DNA from: Candidatus Daviesbacteria bacterium
GTDB taxonomy: Bacteria > Patescibacteriota > Microgenomatia > Daviesbacterales > UBA10151
DNA length: 64,000 bases
Assembly: GCA_016432425.1 (NCBI GenBank)
Contig: CP066688.1
Coordinates: forward strand, 446,211 to 510,210
Direction of reading: 5' to 3'
The translations under genes were made by a program, and so were the position numbers. This document shows, in pieces, positions 40,816 to 50,374 of this stretch; position 1 is the stretch's first letter; each line of letters begins with the position of its first letter. A model generated the notes under the pieces. The model searched no databases. It was not told the DNA's origin and worked only from the letters and a program-made list of their open reading frames with translations.

Positions 40816-41633
40816 AATCCCGATTGAATCGGGATGATGGCCGCTCCTTAAGTAATTAAGGAGAAAAATAACCAACCCAAAACGGTGAAGCCCTACTTTT
40901 GGCGTAAGCCAACAAGCAAGATTTCTTACTTGATTTTCGTATTACTTTCGGGTAATGTGAAATTAAGGGGTAATACCGTGGGAAGCTGGTTAGTGTGAGG
41001 TTAGATGTTTGAGGTCGGAAGATGGATAAAGAGATTGGAAGTTTGAAATTGGTAGGATACAATCAAAGTAATGTGATCCAAAGTTTTAAAGATCTAAAAG
41101 TATATCAGGAATCTTATGAATTGGCTTTAATAATTAACAGAGCAATTTTGAGATTGCCTAATAGCGAGAGATTTGATTTGGTAGATCAGATGCGAAGAGC
41201 GTCAAAATCTATTCCAGCAAATATTGCTGAAGGATATGCTAAAAGATTGTCTGAGAAAGAATTTAAAAGATATCTTTTATCAGCAATTGGATCGTGTAAT
41301 GAAATGGTTGTACATATCAGTTTTGCAAAAGATTTAGGTTTTTGGAAATCTGAATTTTGTGAGGATTTACTTAAACGATATGATATCGTAGGTAAACAAC
41401 TTACAAGATTGTTGCAAAATTGGAAAGCCTATCCAACTTCTAAAGTCTAATTTCACAATCTACCTTCTAATTTCTAACATCTAACTTCTATCTAACATAG
41501 CCCCGTAGAGACTGATTCCGCCAGCTGGCGGATGAGAATAGCCAAATGAGGTTATTCAGACGGTTGGCTCCCTACCTTAAATAAAGGGGGAGAAGGTATA
41601 GTCCATGCTCCTAGTAATAGGCAGATTTACATG
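40816..41633 (+). mobile_element. group I intron in 16S rRNA (after about E. coli U1060)
   Basis: Interrupts ATGGCT|GTCGTCAGCTCG; 5' exon ends in U, intron ends in G; core motifs AACGGTGAA, AATACCGTG, CCCGTAGAGACT, GAAGGTATAGTCC. Confidence 0.9.
41022..41450 (+). CDS. four-helix-bundle protein (23S rRNA IVP / Avd-like) encoded in the intron
   Basis: SFKDLKVYQ, LP..E.F.L.DQMRRA..SIPANIAEG, A.GS..E motifs. Confidence 0.93.
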   Translation: MDKEIGSLKLVGYNQSNVIQSFKDLKVYQESYELALIINRAILRLPNSERFDLVDQMRRASKSIPANIAEGYAKRLSEKEFKRYLLSAIGSCNEMVVHISFAKDLGFWKSEFCEDLLKRYDIVGKQLTRLLQNWKAYPTSKV

Positions 41634-42374
41634 GTCGTCAGCTCGAGGCGTGAGCTGTACCCTTAAGTGGGACATCGAGCGCAACCCGCACCGTATGTTA
41701 AATAATCCATACGGAACAGCCCCAGTTTTTACTGGGAAGGAAGGTGCGGATGACGTCAAGTCAGCACGGTTCTTACACCCTGGGCTACACACACCCTACA
41801 ATGGCGAAGAACAACGAGTTGCAAGCTGGTAACAGCAAGCTAATCTCTGAAATTTCGCCTCAGTTCAGATCGAGGGCTGCAATCCGCCCTCGTGAAGTCG
41901 GAATTGCTAGTAATCGCGGATCAGCAGGCCGCGGTGAATACGTTCTCGGGTCTTGTACACACCGCCCGTCAAGCGAGCAAAGTTGGGGGCGCCCGAATGC
42001 CTATGTATGTAGGCAGAAGGTGAAACCAGCGATGAGCGCTAAGTCGTAACAAGGTATCCCTAGCCGAAGCTGGGGATGGATCACCTCCTTTCTGGAGATT
42101 AGGTCAAACTAATGATTACTTAAATAATGTATCGTTATGGTATGTCATAGTTCGCAGTAGTTTGATCCATTGATCACGTATGTTCACGCATATGATGATA
42201 GAGAGTTTGAATATTCTCTCTTTAAAGAAAAATATTCCCCACCACTTTTTTGGTATTAAAGTTTTTTTGGCCATTTTTGCGCCAACCGCAGATTTTTATG
42301 AAGTCTAGGGAGCAAAAAGGCCAGTTCGACCTTATACTGTTTATTTGCAAAGCAAATGACAGTTCAAGCTATGC

Positions 42375-42740
42375 TTATACTCGTAAATTTCTAATTTCAG
42401 TAGAAGAGGAGAGCTGGTAAATTTTCTCTCCCAGTTTGTAATCAAAAACAAATCTCGGTAGAATTTTTACTTTTATTCCAGCTTTTAAAAAATCTTTTCG
42501 GTGATTTTTATCCATTGGATCAGCTCGATACCAAGTATTAGTATTAGAATCTTTTAATTTCAACTGTTTTTTAAAATATTTTACCCAATTTTCTGGGGAA
42601 TTTTGATCTATTAATGGAAGTATTTGATATGGTTTAGTAGTGGTTTTTAATTCCTCCTGAAGCTTCTGGACTCTTACTTGATAAGTAGACAGACTTGGAT
42701 CCTGAGTAGAACCAATACCAATAATAATTCCTATTGTCAT
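42375..42740 (-). pseudogene. N-terminally truncated NMN adenylyltransferase-like protein
   Basis: IIGIGS.Q, YQILPL.D....NWV, SSTEIR match the NMNAT/cytidylyltransferase layout; HxGH motif missing. Confidence 0.5.
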
Positions 42741-43399
42741 TCGAGAAATTTAGCCTTTCTTTCAAGATATAATTTGCAATTAGGGTAGTATATAAAATTC
42801 AAAAGTTTCTTAGTATCTTTCTTTGCATATTCTAACTTCCATTGGTTGCCATTACCATAAGAACATATTTTCCTTGGGAAAAGTTCTAACTCTTTGGTTA
42901 ATAAATCTCTCAATGAATTCAAAAACAATGGACTTCCGGAGGTAAAATTACATCTAAGATCAGTTTGTTTGCGATGATCTTTAGTTCTTAAATAAGTTGT
43001 AAAAAATACACTTCCATCGCCATCAAAATAGCCCCTAATAAAATCAGCTAGAAATTCTTTTTGGATTTTAGGTAACCTAATTACTAGACTTTTTTTTCGG
43101 AGGCCACCTAATAAAAGTAAATCTTTGTATAAAATTTTAGAATGTACGATTAGGGTAGAAGATTTTTCAAGCTTTCCTTTTCTGCGATAACGGAAAATAG
43201 GGGAATTAGAATTCAGAACCCCTTTTACTTGCTGTAGGATTGATTCATCTAGCGAAGAGAAAGTAATTCTATAAGATCGCTCGTGTCTCATATATCCATC
43301 AGCTAACCAGTATCCAAAAACATAGGCCATATCTGGGGACCATTTTGAGAAGAAATTTTCGTTCAAGGTGTATTTTCTAGAGTGGTATTTAAGAAGCAT
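42737..43399 (-). CDS. free-standing double-motif LAGLIDADG endonuclease
   Basis: MAYVFGYWLADG and FIRGYFDGDGS motifs; LERK C-terminus. Confidence 0.88.
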   Translation of the reverse strand: MLLKYHSRKYTLNENFFSKWSPDMAYVFGYWLADGYMRHERSYRITFSSLDESILQQVKGVLNSNSPIFRYRRKGKLEKSSTLIVHSKILYKDLLLLGGLRKKSLVIRLPKIQKEFLADFIRGYFDGDGSVFFTTYLRTKDHRKQTDLRCNFTSGSPLFLNSLRDLLTKELELFPRKICSYGNGNQWKLEYAKKDTKKLLNFIYYPNCKLYLERKAKFLE

Positions 43400-43444
43400 T
43401 ACTTTATATTAGCCAAATAAAATACGAAAAGTCAATATTTTGGG

Positions 43445-43516
43445 AGGTGCAGGCGGGAATCGAACCCGCGCATCGAGGTTTTGCAGACCCCAGCGTTTCC
43501 ACTTCGCCACTGCACC
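43445..43516 (-). tRNA. tRNA-Cys(GCA)
   Basis: Reverse complement GGTGCAGTGGCGAAGTGG...CTGCAAA...GTTCGATTCC..CTGCACCT cloverleaf, U discriminator. Confidence 0.93.
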
Positions 43517-43560
43517 AAGTATTGGCTTATTTTAACACGAACTTCTGGTAGAATACATTT

Positions 43561-43980
43561 ATGGCAAAAGTAATTCGAGTAGTCGGAGCAGTAATTTTTA
43601 ATCCCAAAAGTGATAGTTATTTTGTGGGCCAGCGGGGGAAAAATAAAAAAGTTCCTTTAAAATGGGAATTTATTGGGGGAAAAGTAGAAACAGGAGAAGA
43701 TTTGTTGCGAGCTATTCAGAGAGAATTTAAAGAAGAAGTGGGGATAAATATTAAGGCACTAAGATCTATTAATAAAAGTCAGTTTAATTATGGAGGGGAA
43801 GTGGGTTTGATTGAGGTTAATTTTATTGAATGCGAACTTTTTAAAGATGAGCCGAATTTTGACCCGGAGGTTTATGAAATCTGCAAATGGGTTAAAAGGG
43901 GAGAATTAGCTAATCTGGATTGGGTAGAAGCAGATAGAGAGTTTGCTTTAAATTTAGCCAAAAATGAGGTAAAATATTGA
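43561..43980 (+). CDS. NUDIX hydrolase (MutT-like)
   Basis: WEFIGGKVETGE....AIQREFKEEVG Nudix box. Confidence 0.9.
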   Translation: MAKVIRVVGAVIFNPKSDSYFVGQRGKNKKVPLKWEFIGGKVETGEDLLRAIQREFKEEVGINIKALRSINKSQFNYGGEVGLIEVNFIECELFKDEPNFDPEVYEICKWVKRGELANLDWVEADREFALNLAKNEVKY

Positions 43981-43987
43981 AGTTTTA

Positions 43988-44059
43988 GGGCGCGTAGCTC
44001 AGTGGTAGAGCGCTTATCTGATAAGTAAGAGGTCCTTGGTTCAATCCCAAGCGCGCCCA
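43988..44059 (+). tRNA. tRNA-Ile(GAT)
   Basis: GGGCGCGTAGCTCAGTGGTAGAGC, anticodon loop CTGATAA, GGTTCAATCC. Confidence 0.95.
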
Positions 44060-44085
44060 CTTAAGTTCATGTTATGATTTAATTA

Positions 44086-45093
44086 ATGCAAGTTGTTTCT
44101 TCAGACCTTGTTTTAGGTAAGAAAGTTTTGCTCCGTTTAGACTTAGATGTTCCCCTTCGACAAGTCGGAGATGCCCGACAGGGTACTCAGGGCCATGGCC
44201 AATTTGAGGTAATTGATGACTTTAGATTAAAAGCCGGGCTGGAAACAGTGTATCTCTGTTTAGAACATGCCAAACAGGTAATTATCATGGGACATATTGG
44301 CAGGCCAATGGGAAGGGAGGTCCCAGAGCTTTCCGTAAAACCTATTTATGGTTGGTTTTTAAGTCAGGGTTTAGCTCCCCACCTCGAAGGTGGAAGGCTA
44401 AAGTTGTTGGAGAATTTAAGGTTTGAGGAGGGGGAAGAGAAAGCGGATTTAGGATATGCCAAGGAATTAGCTAAATATGGGGATTTTTTTGTTAATGAAG
44501 CTTTTGCCTCTTTCCATCCAGCTGCCTCTACCACAGTTTTGCCTACATTACTGCCTCACGCGGCAGGGTTACATTTTGCCAAAGAAGTAGAAAAATTAAC
44601 CAAAATCAGAATTAATCCACATCACCCCTTGGTAGTAATTGTGGGAGGGGCCAAAAAGGAGGATAAAATCCCCTTTATCCAGGAAATTTCTAAGATAGCA
44701 GATCAGGTTTTAGTAGGAGGGAAAATGGTTTCGACTGCTTCTAACTTCACCGCCAACGTACTAGTAGCTACTTTAAATGAAGATGGTTTAGATATTACTG
44801 AGGAAACAATAAATTCCTGGAAGGAAATAATTAAAGCGGCCGGGATGATAGTTTGGAACGGACCCATGGGGAGGGTGGAAGAAGGTAAAATAGCCGGCAC
44901 TAAGGCAGTGGCAGAAGCGATCAGTGAGTCTTGGGCGGAAGTGATAATTGGTGGAGGAGATACGGTGGGTTTTTTAGCAAAAGAGGGACTGCTGGAAAAA
45001 TTCGAACACCAAGCTTTCATCTCTACCGGTGGTGGGGCTATGTTAGAATTTTTAAGTAAAGGGACTTTGCCCACCATAGAGGCCCTGAAATGA
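44086..45093 (+). CDS. pgk: phosphoglycerate kinase (short form)
   Basis: VLLRLDLDVP, HIGRP, LLENLRF, GGAK, WNGPMG, GGGDT, STGGGA. Confidence 0.93.
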   Translation: MQVVSSDLVLGKKVLLRLDLDVPLRQVGDARQGTQGHGQFEVIDDFRLKAGLETVYLCLEHAKQVIIMGHIGRPMGREVPELSVKPIYGWFLSQGLAPHLEGGRLKLLENLRFEEGEEKADLGYAKELAKYGDFFVNEAFASFHPAASTTVLPTLLPHAAGLHFAKEVEKLTKIRINPHHPLVVIVGGAKKEDKIPFIQEISKIADQVLVGGKMVSTASNFTANVLVATLNEDGLDITEETINSWKEIIKAAGMIVWNGPMGRVEEGKIAGTKAVAEAISESWAEVIIGGGDTVGFLAKEGLLEKFEHQAFISTGGGAMLEFLSKGTLPTIEALK

Positions 45094-45665
45094 ATTTAAT
45101 AATTACTAATCTTTATTTGTTTGCCATGGCCACAGTGCTGGCCCTTTTGGAAATCCAAATTGAAGGAGCTCATGGTTGGGCGAAAAATCTACCAACCTGG
45201 AGGCCGCATCCCGGCCATCCTTTAGCTAAAATTTATGCAAAGTTTATGTCCGGGAAAGAGCTAACTGGCTATCACAGCGCCATGTTTATCTTTGTGGTTT
45301 TAATCTTCCATCTGCCTTATGTATTTGGTCTAACCTTTACCCTGGAACACTGGTTACAAACACTCTCTTTATTTTTTATCTTTATAGCCTTATGGGATTT
45401 TTTGTGGTTTGTCTTTAACCCCTACCATCCTTTGAAAAATTTTTCTAAAAATAACCCTAATCACAAAGCTTTCTTTTTAGGGTTGCCTCTAGATTACTAC
45501 TGGGCGATTGCTTTTTCTTTCTCACTGGCAGCAGTTGCACAGTTTATTTTTGGATTTAGTGGTTTTATCTCCTGGTGGTTGGGGAATTTTGGGTTATTTT
45601 TAACAGAAACTGTGGGGGCTATTTTATTTTCTTATCTGGTTTTGGATATAGATAATTGGTTCTAA
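45090..45665 (+). CDS. hypothetical membrane protein
   Basis: Multi-TM; EIQIEG..GWA..LPTW, WDFLWF. Confidence 0.75.
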   Translation: MNLIITNLYLFAMATVLALLEIQIEGAHGWAKNLPTWRPHPGHPLAKIYAKFMSGKELTGYHSAMFIFVVLIFHLPYVFGLTFTLEHWLQTLSLFFIFIALWDFLWFVFNPYHPLKNFSKNNPNHKAFFLGLPLDYYWAIAFSFSLAAVAQFIFGFSGFISWWLGNFGLFLTETVGAILFSYLVLDIDNWF

Positions 45666-45686
45666 ATTTGCTACTCTAAAGGGGCC

Positions 45687-46727
45687 ATGAAAATTGCCAT
45701 TAATGGCTTTGGCCGGATTGGCCGAACTGCCTTTAAGATTATTATTGATAAATATTTGGATCAAATTGAAGTGGTAGCTGTCAACGACCTCACTGATAGT
45801 AAAACCCTGGCCCATTTACTCAAATATGATTCTAACTACGGGATTTGGAACCATGAGGTTTCTGGTGATGGTGATACTTCAAGTCCGCTCAGTACAGGAA
45901 ATATCATTGTGGATGGGAAAAGTTTTGCTGTTTTAAAAGAATTAGAACCGGAGAAACTCCCCTGGAAAGATTTAGAGGTGGACATAGTAATTGAGTCAAC
46001 CGGCAAATTTACCGATCAGGCCGGGGCCCAAAAACACTTAAACGCTGGAGCCAAAAAAGTAATTATTTCTGCCCCCAGCAAAGAGGGGGATTCGGGTGAT
46101 AATACCGAGGTGGCCACCTATATCTTGGGAGTTAATGCCGCTAAATACCAAAATGAGGCCATAATTTCCAATTCTTCCTGTACTACCAACTGCATTGCCC
46201 CCATTGCCGCGGTGATGAACCTCAAATTTGGTATAGTCAAGGCCATGATGACCACCATTCATGGCTACACTGCTGATCAAAACCTGCAGGATGGACCCCA
46301 CCGGGATTTAAGAAGAGCCAGAGCAGCCTCAGTTAATATTATCCCCACCACTACCGGAGCAGCTATTTCCACTACTAAAACTATTCCTGAGCTGGAGGGT
46401 AAATTTGATGGAGTGGCTTTGAGAGTACCGGTCCCAGTGGGGTCAATTTCTGATTTTACCTTTCTCCTGGCGAAAAAGGTGACCAAAGAAGAAGTCAATA
46501 ATGCTTTTAAGGAAATTTCCCAAAACCCTTCTTTTACCAAAATCTTAGCCGTGACAGAGGAGCCAATTGTCTCTTCCGATATTGTGGGAAGATCTGAGTC
46601 AGCCATAGTAGATTTATCTCTAACTCAGGTAGTAGATGGGGATTTGGTCAAGGTTTTTGCCTGGTATGATAACGAATTTGGGTATTCCAACAGGTTAGTA
46701 GAACAGATAATAAATGTAGGTAAATAA
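45687..46727 (+). CDS. gap: glyceraldehyde-3-phosphate dehydrogenase
   Basis: INGFGRIGR, SSCTTNC, WYDNEFGYS. Confidence 0.97.
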   Translation: MKIAINGFGRIGRTAFKIIIDKYLDQIEVVAVNDLTDSKTLAHLLKYDSNYGIWNHEVSGDGDTSSPLSTGNIIVDGKSFAVLKELEPEKLPWKDLEVDIVIESTGKFTDQAGAQKHLNAGAKKVIISAPSKEGDSGDNTEVATYILGVNAAKYQNEAIISNSSCTTNCIAPIAAVMNLKFGIVKAMMTTIHGYTADQNLQDGPHRDLRRARAASVNIIPTTTGAAISTTKTIPELEGKFDGVALRVPVPVGSISDFTFLLAKKVTKEEVNNAFKEISQNPSFTKILAVTEEPIVSSDIVGRSESAIVDLSLTQVVDGDLVKVFAWYDNEFGYSNRLVEQIINVGK

Positions 46728-46866
46728 TACTAAAACCTGTATAACATTTCGTTATACGATCGTACACGAATTGTGACGGATTTCAGATGTCAATCTAATC
46801 CACCCCCAGGTGTTCTGATTTTATTTAACTATTGACATTGGTTGGGTTTTTATATAAAAAGTAGCC

Positions 46867-48060
46867 ATGGCAAAAACATACCACCTACAGAAACAAAAAC
46901 ACTATGCCCGAAACTACCAGGACCTGCGCAAAGGTTGGGACGATAATTTGGAGCCTTTAAAACCCCTGGATGTTAACAAAATCAAAAACTTTTCTGATAT
47001 GGCAGAGGCTATGTCCCAAACTGCTTTTGGAGGCAGAATTGTGGGGGAGGCCGTGGATACGCTGGTGGCCATGAATAAAGATAAAGCAGCATTCACGGTC
47101 ATGACAGTGGCCGGGGCCATGACTGTAGCCAAGATGGGCCTGTTGATTTGCGAGATGATCGATCGGGGTATGGTTCAGGCTTTGGTAGTGACAGGGGCTT
47201 TAATGGCCCATGGGTTGGCTGAGGCAGCCGGTATGACCCATTTTAAAGCTCCCCAGGACATGTCTGATGATGAAATGTATCTGGCCGGTTATGACCGGGT
47301 TTATGACACAGTAGAGTTGGAGAAAAACCTGGATGATACGGAGGAGATTTTATTTGAAATTTTAGAAGGAATTCCGGAAGAGAAAGTTTTATCCAGCAGG
47401 TTAATTACTGAAGAAATTGGTAAATATTTAGTTAAGAATTCAGTTCACCGGGGTGTTTTAAAAAGCGCTTATCTAAAAGGGGTACCGGTTTATGTCCCGG
47501 CCTTTACTGATTCTGAGTTAGGATTGGATTTAGGCATGTACAATCGGGCCCGAGTAAAAAAAGGTTTACCACCACGCCGCTATGATCCGTTAATTGACTT
47601 AGAACACTACACCAAACTGATTTGGCGCCAAAAGAAGCTGGGGATTTTTACTATTGGGGGAGGAGTACCCAGAAACTTCGCCCAACAAGTTGGCCCTTTT
47701 ACAGATTTAGTACATCAGCGAGGTTTGGACAGTCCAGAGGATACTGGCAAAAGGACTAATGGTAAAAAAACTTACCAACCGGTGATGTTTACTTATGGAC
47801 TAAGGATCTGTCCGGAGCCGGTTTACTGGGGTGGATTATCCGGCTGCACCTATTCAGAAGGGGTATCTTGGGGAAAATTTGTACCCGAAAAAATGGGAGG
47901 CAGATTTGCGGAAGTTCCCTCGGATGCTACTATTATCTGGCCTTTTATTTTAAAAGCTGCGCTGGAGAGATTAAAGGTTAAAGATATGAGAAAAAAGGTT
48001 AAGTCTGGGAAAAAAGTTATTAAAGAAATAGATGATCAAATAATGGTTAATTATAAATAA
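46867..48060 (+). CDS. deoxyhypusine synthase-like protein (possible homospermidine synthase)
   Basis: PAFTDSELG, IGGGVPRNF, GGLSGCTYSEGVSWGK, DATI. Confidence 0.9.
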   Translation: MAKTYHLQKQKHYARNYQDLRKGWDDNLEPLKPLDVNKIKNFSDMAEAMSQTAFGGRIVGEAVDTLVAMNKDKAAFTVMTVAGAMTVAKMGLLICEMIDRGMVQALVVTGALMAHGLAEAAGMTHFKAPQDMSDDEMYLAGYDRVYDTVELEKNLDDTEEILFEILEGIPEEKVLSSRLITEEIGKYLVKNSVHRGVLKSAYLKGVPVYVPAFTDSELGLDLGMYNRARVKKGLPPRRYDPLIDLEHYTKLIWRQKKLGIFTIGGGVPRNFAQQVGPFTDLVHQRGLDSPEDTGKRTNGKKTYQPVMFTYGLRICPEPVYWGGLSGCTYSEGVSWGKFVPEKMGGRFAEVPSDATIIWPFILKAALERLKVKDMRKKVKSGKKVIKEIDDQIMVNYK

Positions 48061-48189
48061 TCCGGCTCGTCTAGCCGCAAAGTACAACTGCACCGTTTAC
48101 TTTGGCTGGTTTAGACTTCGTCGTCTCTGGAATTATTTCTGTAATAATGCGTAACCCAAAATTTTATGCCTGCTTTAGCAGGCTCAAGA

Positions 48190-49077
48190 TTATCTTATCT
48201 CTTTAATTAATGAATAACCAATAATCTTATATGCTAATTTGGCGGCCAGAAAGTTTGGGGCAGAAATTCCCGGCAAAGGAGACAGCTCTACAATATCCAG
48301 TCCCACCAAATTCCTTCTTTTGGCTACAGCTTTAATTAAGTCTAACACTTGATAAAACGATAACCCACCCGGTTCCGGAGTGCCGGTGGCAGACATGATG
48401 GCCGGATCCAGCCCATCCAGGTCAAAGCTAAGGTAGACATTTTGCTTTAAAGTTTTAAGGATTTTTTTCATGGGCAGATCCGGTGCATAGAAGATATATT
48501 TTTCTCTCTTGCTTTTCTTGATAAAACCCATTTCTTCCTCACTGACACTTCTAATTCCTACCTGGGTAACCGGTAATTTTAGGTCTCTGACCACCCGGCC
48601 CATTACACAGCCATGATGGAATCTGGTCCCTTCATACTCATCCCGCAAGTCAGTATGGGCATCAATTTGCAAAACCGATAAATTTTTAAATTTTTTGGCT
48701 GCCGCCCTAATGGGGCCCAAGGCAATAGAGTGTTCTCCTCCTAAGGTAACGGGGAATTTACCATCTGCAAACAGTTGAGAAACAACTTGGTCAATTTGTT
48801 CCACCACCTCTTCCGGGGAATTTTTAGAAGGAGCCAGTGGATCTAGGGTATAAATTCCTAGTTTAGAGGAAATGTCTAATTTAAGTTCCAGGTCAAAAAG
48901 TTCTAAATGGCGGGAGGCTTCAATGAGTGCCTGGGGGCCAAATTTAGTACCCGGGTTCCAATAAGTGGTAGAGGAGTAAGGGACAGGGAATATTATGGCC
49001 TTTGCTTTTTCATAAGTTTGATCTGTCAGTCCGGTAAAATTAAAAGGTTCACCAGCGTCAAATTTGGGTTGTTTCAT
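48190..49077 (-). CDS. speB: agmatinase
   Basis: GGEHS, DAHTD, SFDLDGLDP, GTPEPGG. Confidence 0.92.
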   Translation of the reverse strand: MKQPKFDAGEPFNFTGLTDQTYEKAKAIIFPVPYSSTTYWNPGTKFGPQALIEASRHLELFDLELKLDISSKLGIYTLDPLAPSKNSPEEVVEQIDQVVSQLFADGKFPVTLGGEHSIALGPIRAAAKKFKNLSVLQIDAHTDLRDEYEGTRFHHGCVMGRVVRDLKLPVTQVGIRSVSEEEMGFIKKSKREKYIFYAPDLPMKKILKTLKQNVYLSFDLDGLDPAIMSATGTPEPGGLSFYQVLDLIKAVAKRRNLVGLDIVELSPLPGISAPNFLAAKLAYKIIGYSLIKEIR

Positions 49078-49105
49078 GAAGCTATTATATTAGATATATT
49101 GAGGT

Positions 49106-49134
49106 TGACAATAGGCTAATCATTTGTTAAACTC
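49106..49134 (+). promoter_or_regulatory. sigma70-type promoter for tRNA-Ala/23S
   Basis: TTGACA-N17-TAAACT. Confidence 0.65.
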
Positions 49135-49284
49135 TGTCCAGTGTTTAATCAGATGAGAAGCAACGCACCATTAACTTAACTCTTTGCGCGCTGAGGGTCT
49201 TCCTGGTGCGGAAGATAAAAAGCCTTAGCGTTGTATCCCTCAATTAAATTTTTAAAATAATATTGGATTTCTGGAAAGTGAATC

Positions 49285-49356
49285 GGGCCCGTAGTTCACT
49301 GGTAGAACGTGTCATTTGCAATGACAATGTAGGAGGTTCGATTCCTCTCGGGTCCA
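49285..49356 (+). tRNA. tRNA-Ala(TGC)
   Basis: Cloverleaf, anticodon loop TTTGCAA, G3:U70 identity pair. Confidence 0.93.
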
Positions 49357-50205
49357 CATTAGGTAGGGAATAGTTAATTAGCGTATAGCGTATAGTTAGA
49401 TTTCTTTAACTAAACGCTAAACGCTAGCGAACTAAACGCTAGTTAATTTGCACTTTGAAATGTGAATACGTATATTTTGGACTTTTTAGGCCTACCGCAG
49501 ATTTGTTTATGTAGTTTGTCAACGAAAAAGTCCATTTCGGCCGCTTGGGTCGTAGTGGACAATTTGGCAGAAAACGTAAATTAACAGATTTAGGTACGTG
49601 CCAAATTAGTCCAAAGAATTGAGAAGGCCAAATTAAACCCCGATTTAATCGGGGTTCATGAGCCAAAAATACTCAATACTTCGATTTCACTCAGTATTGT
49701 ACTGAGCGTAAATTGAATGTACAACATTAATGCATACGGTGGATGCCTTGGTCGAAAGTACCGATGAAGGACGCACTTGACCGCGATAGTCTGCGAGGAG
49801 CTGCCAAGAAGCTTTGATCCGCAGGTTTCCGAATGGGATAACCCCTCCTTTTTTGGGGGATCCTGTCATGAATACATAGTGGCAGGAAGGGCACGCACTG
49901 AACTGAAACATCTAAGTAAGTGCAGGAAAAGAAATCAACAGAGATTCCCCAAGTAGCGGCGAGCGAAACGGGAACAGCCTAAAGTTATTTGCGCTTCGCG
50001 CAAGTGAAGACAAATAACGGGTAGTGGGGTCTGTAATATGGTATCAGATGAGGATAGCTGAAATGTCTGGAAAGATATGCCAAAGAACATGATAGCTGTG
50101 TAAGCAAAATTCAAATCTGGCCTAACGGATACCCGAGTAACTCAGGACACGTGTAATCCTGGGCGAATCTGTGGCGACCATGCCATAAGGCTAAATATAC
50201 TTTCG

Positions 50206-50245
<40 letters not shown>

Positions 50246-50302
50246 AAGGGCGAGATGCCCTGTGAAATAGTACCTGAAACCGTATGCTGACAAGCAGTGG
50301 GA

Positions 50303-50374
50303 GCTGGAGGCTAGATGTTGGACGTTAGAAGCTGGAAAATATCTAGCATCTAATTTCTAACTTCTAGCTTCTAG
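50303..50374. repeat. inverted heptamer-repeat hairpin inserted in 23S (helix 25 region)
   Basis: GCTGGAG GCTAGAT GTTGGAC GTTAGAA GCTGGAA aat ATCTAGC ATCTAAT TTCTAAC TTCTAGC TTCTAG. Confidence 0.8.
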
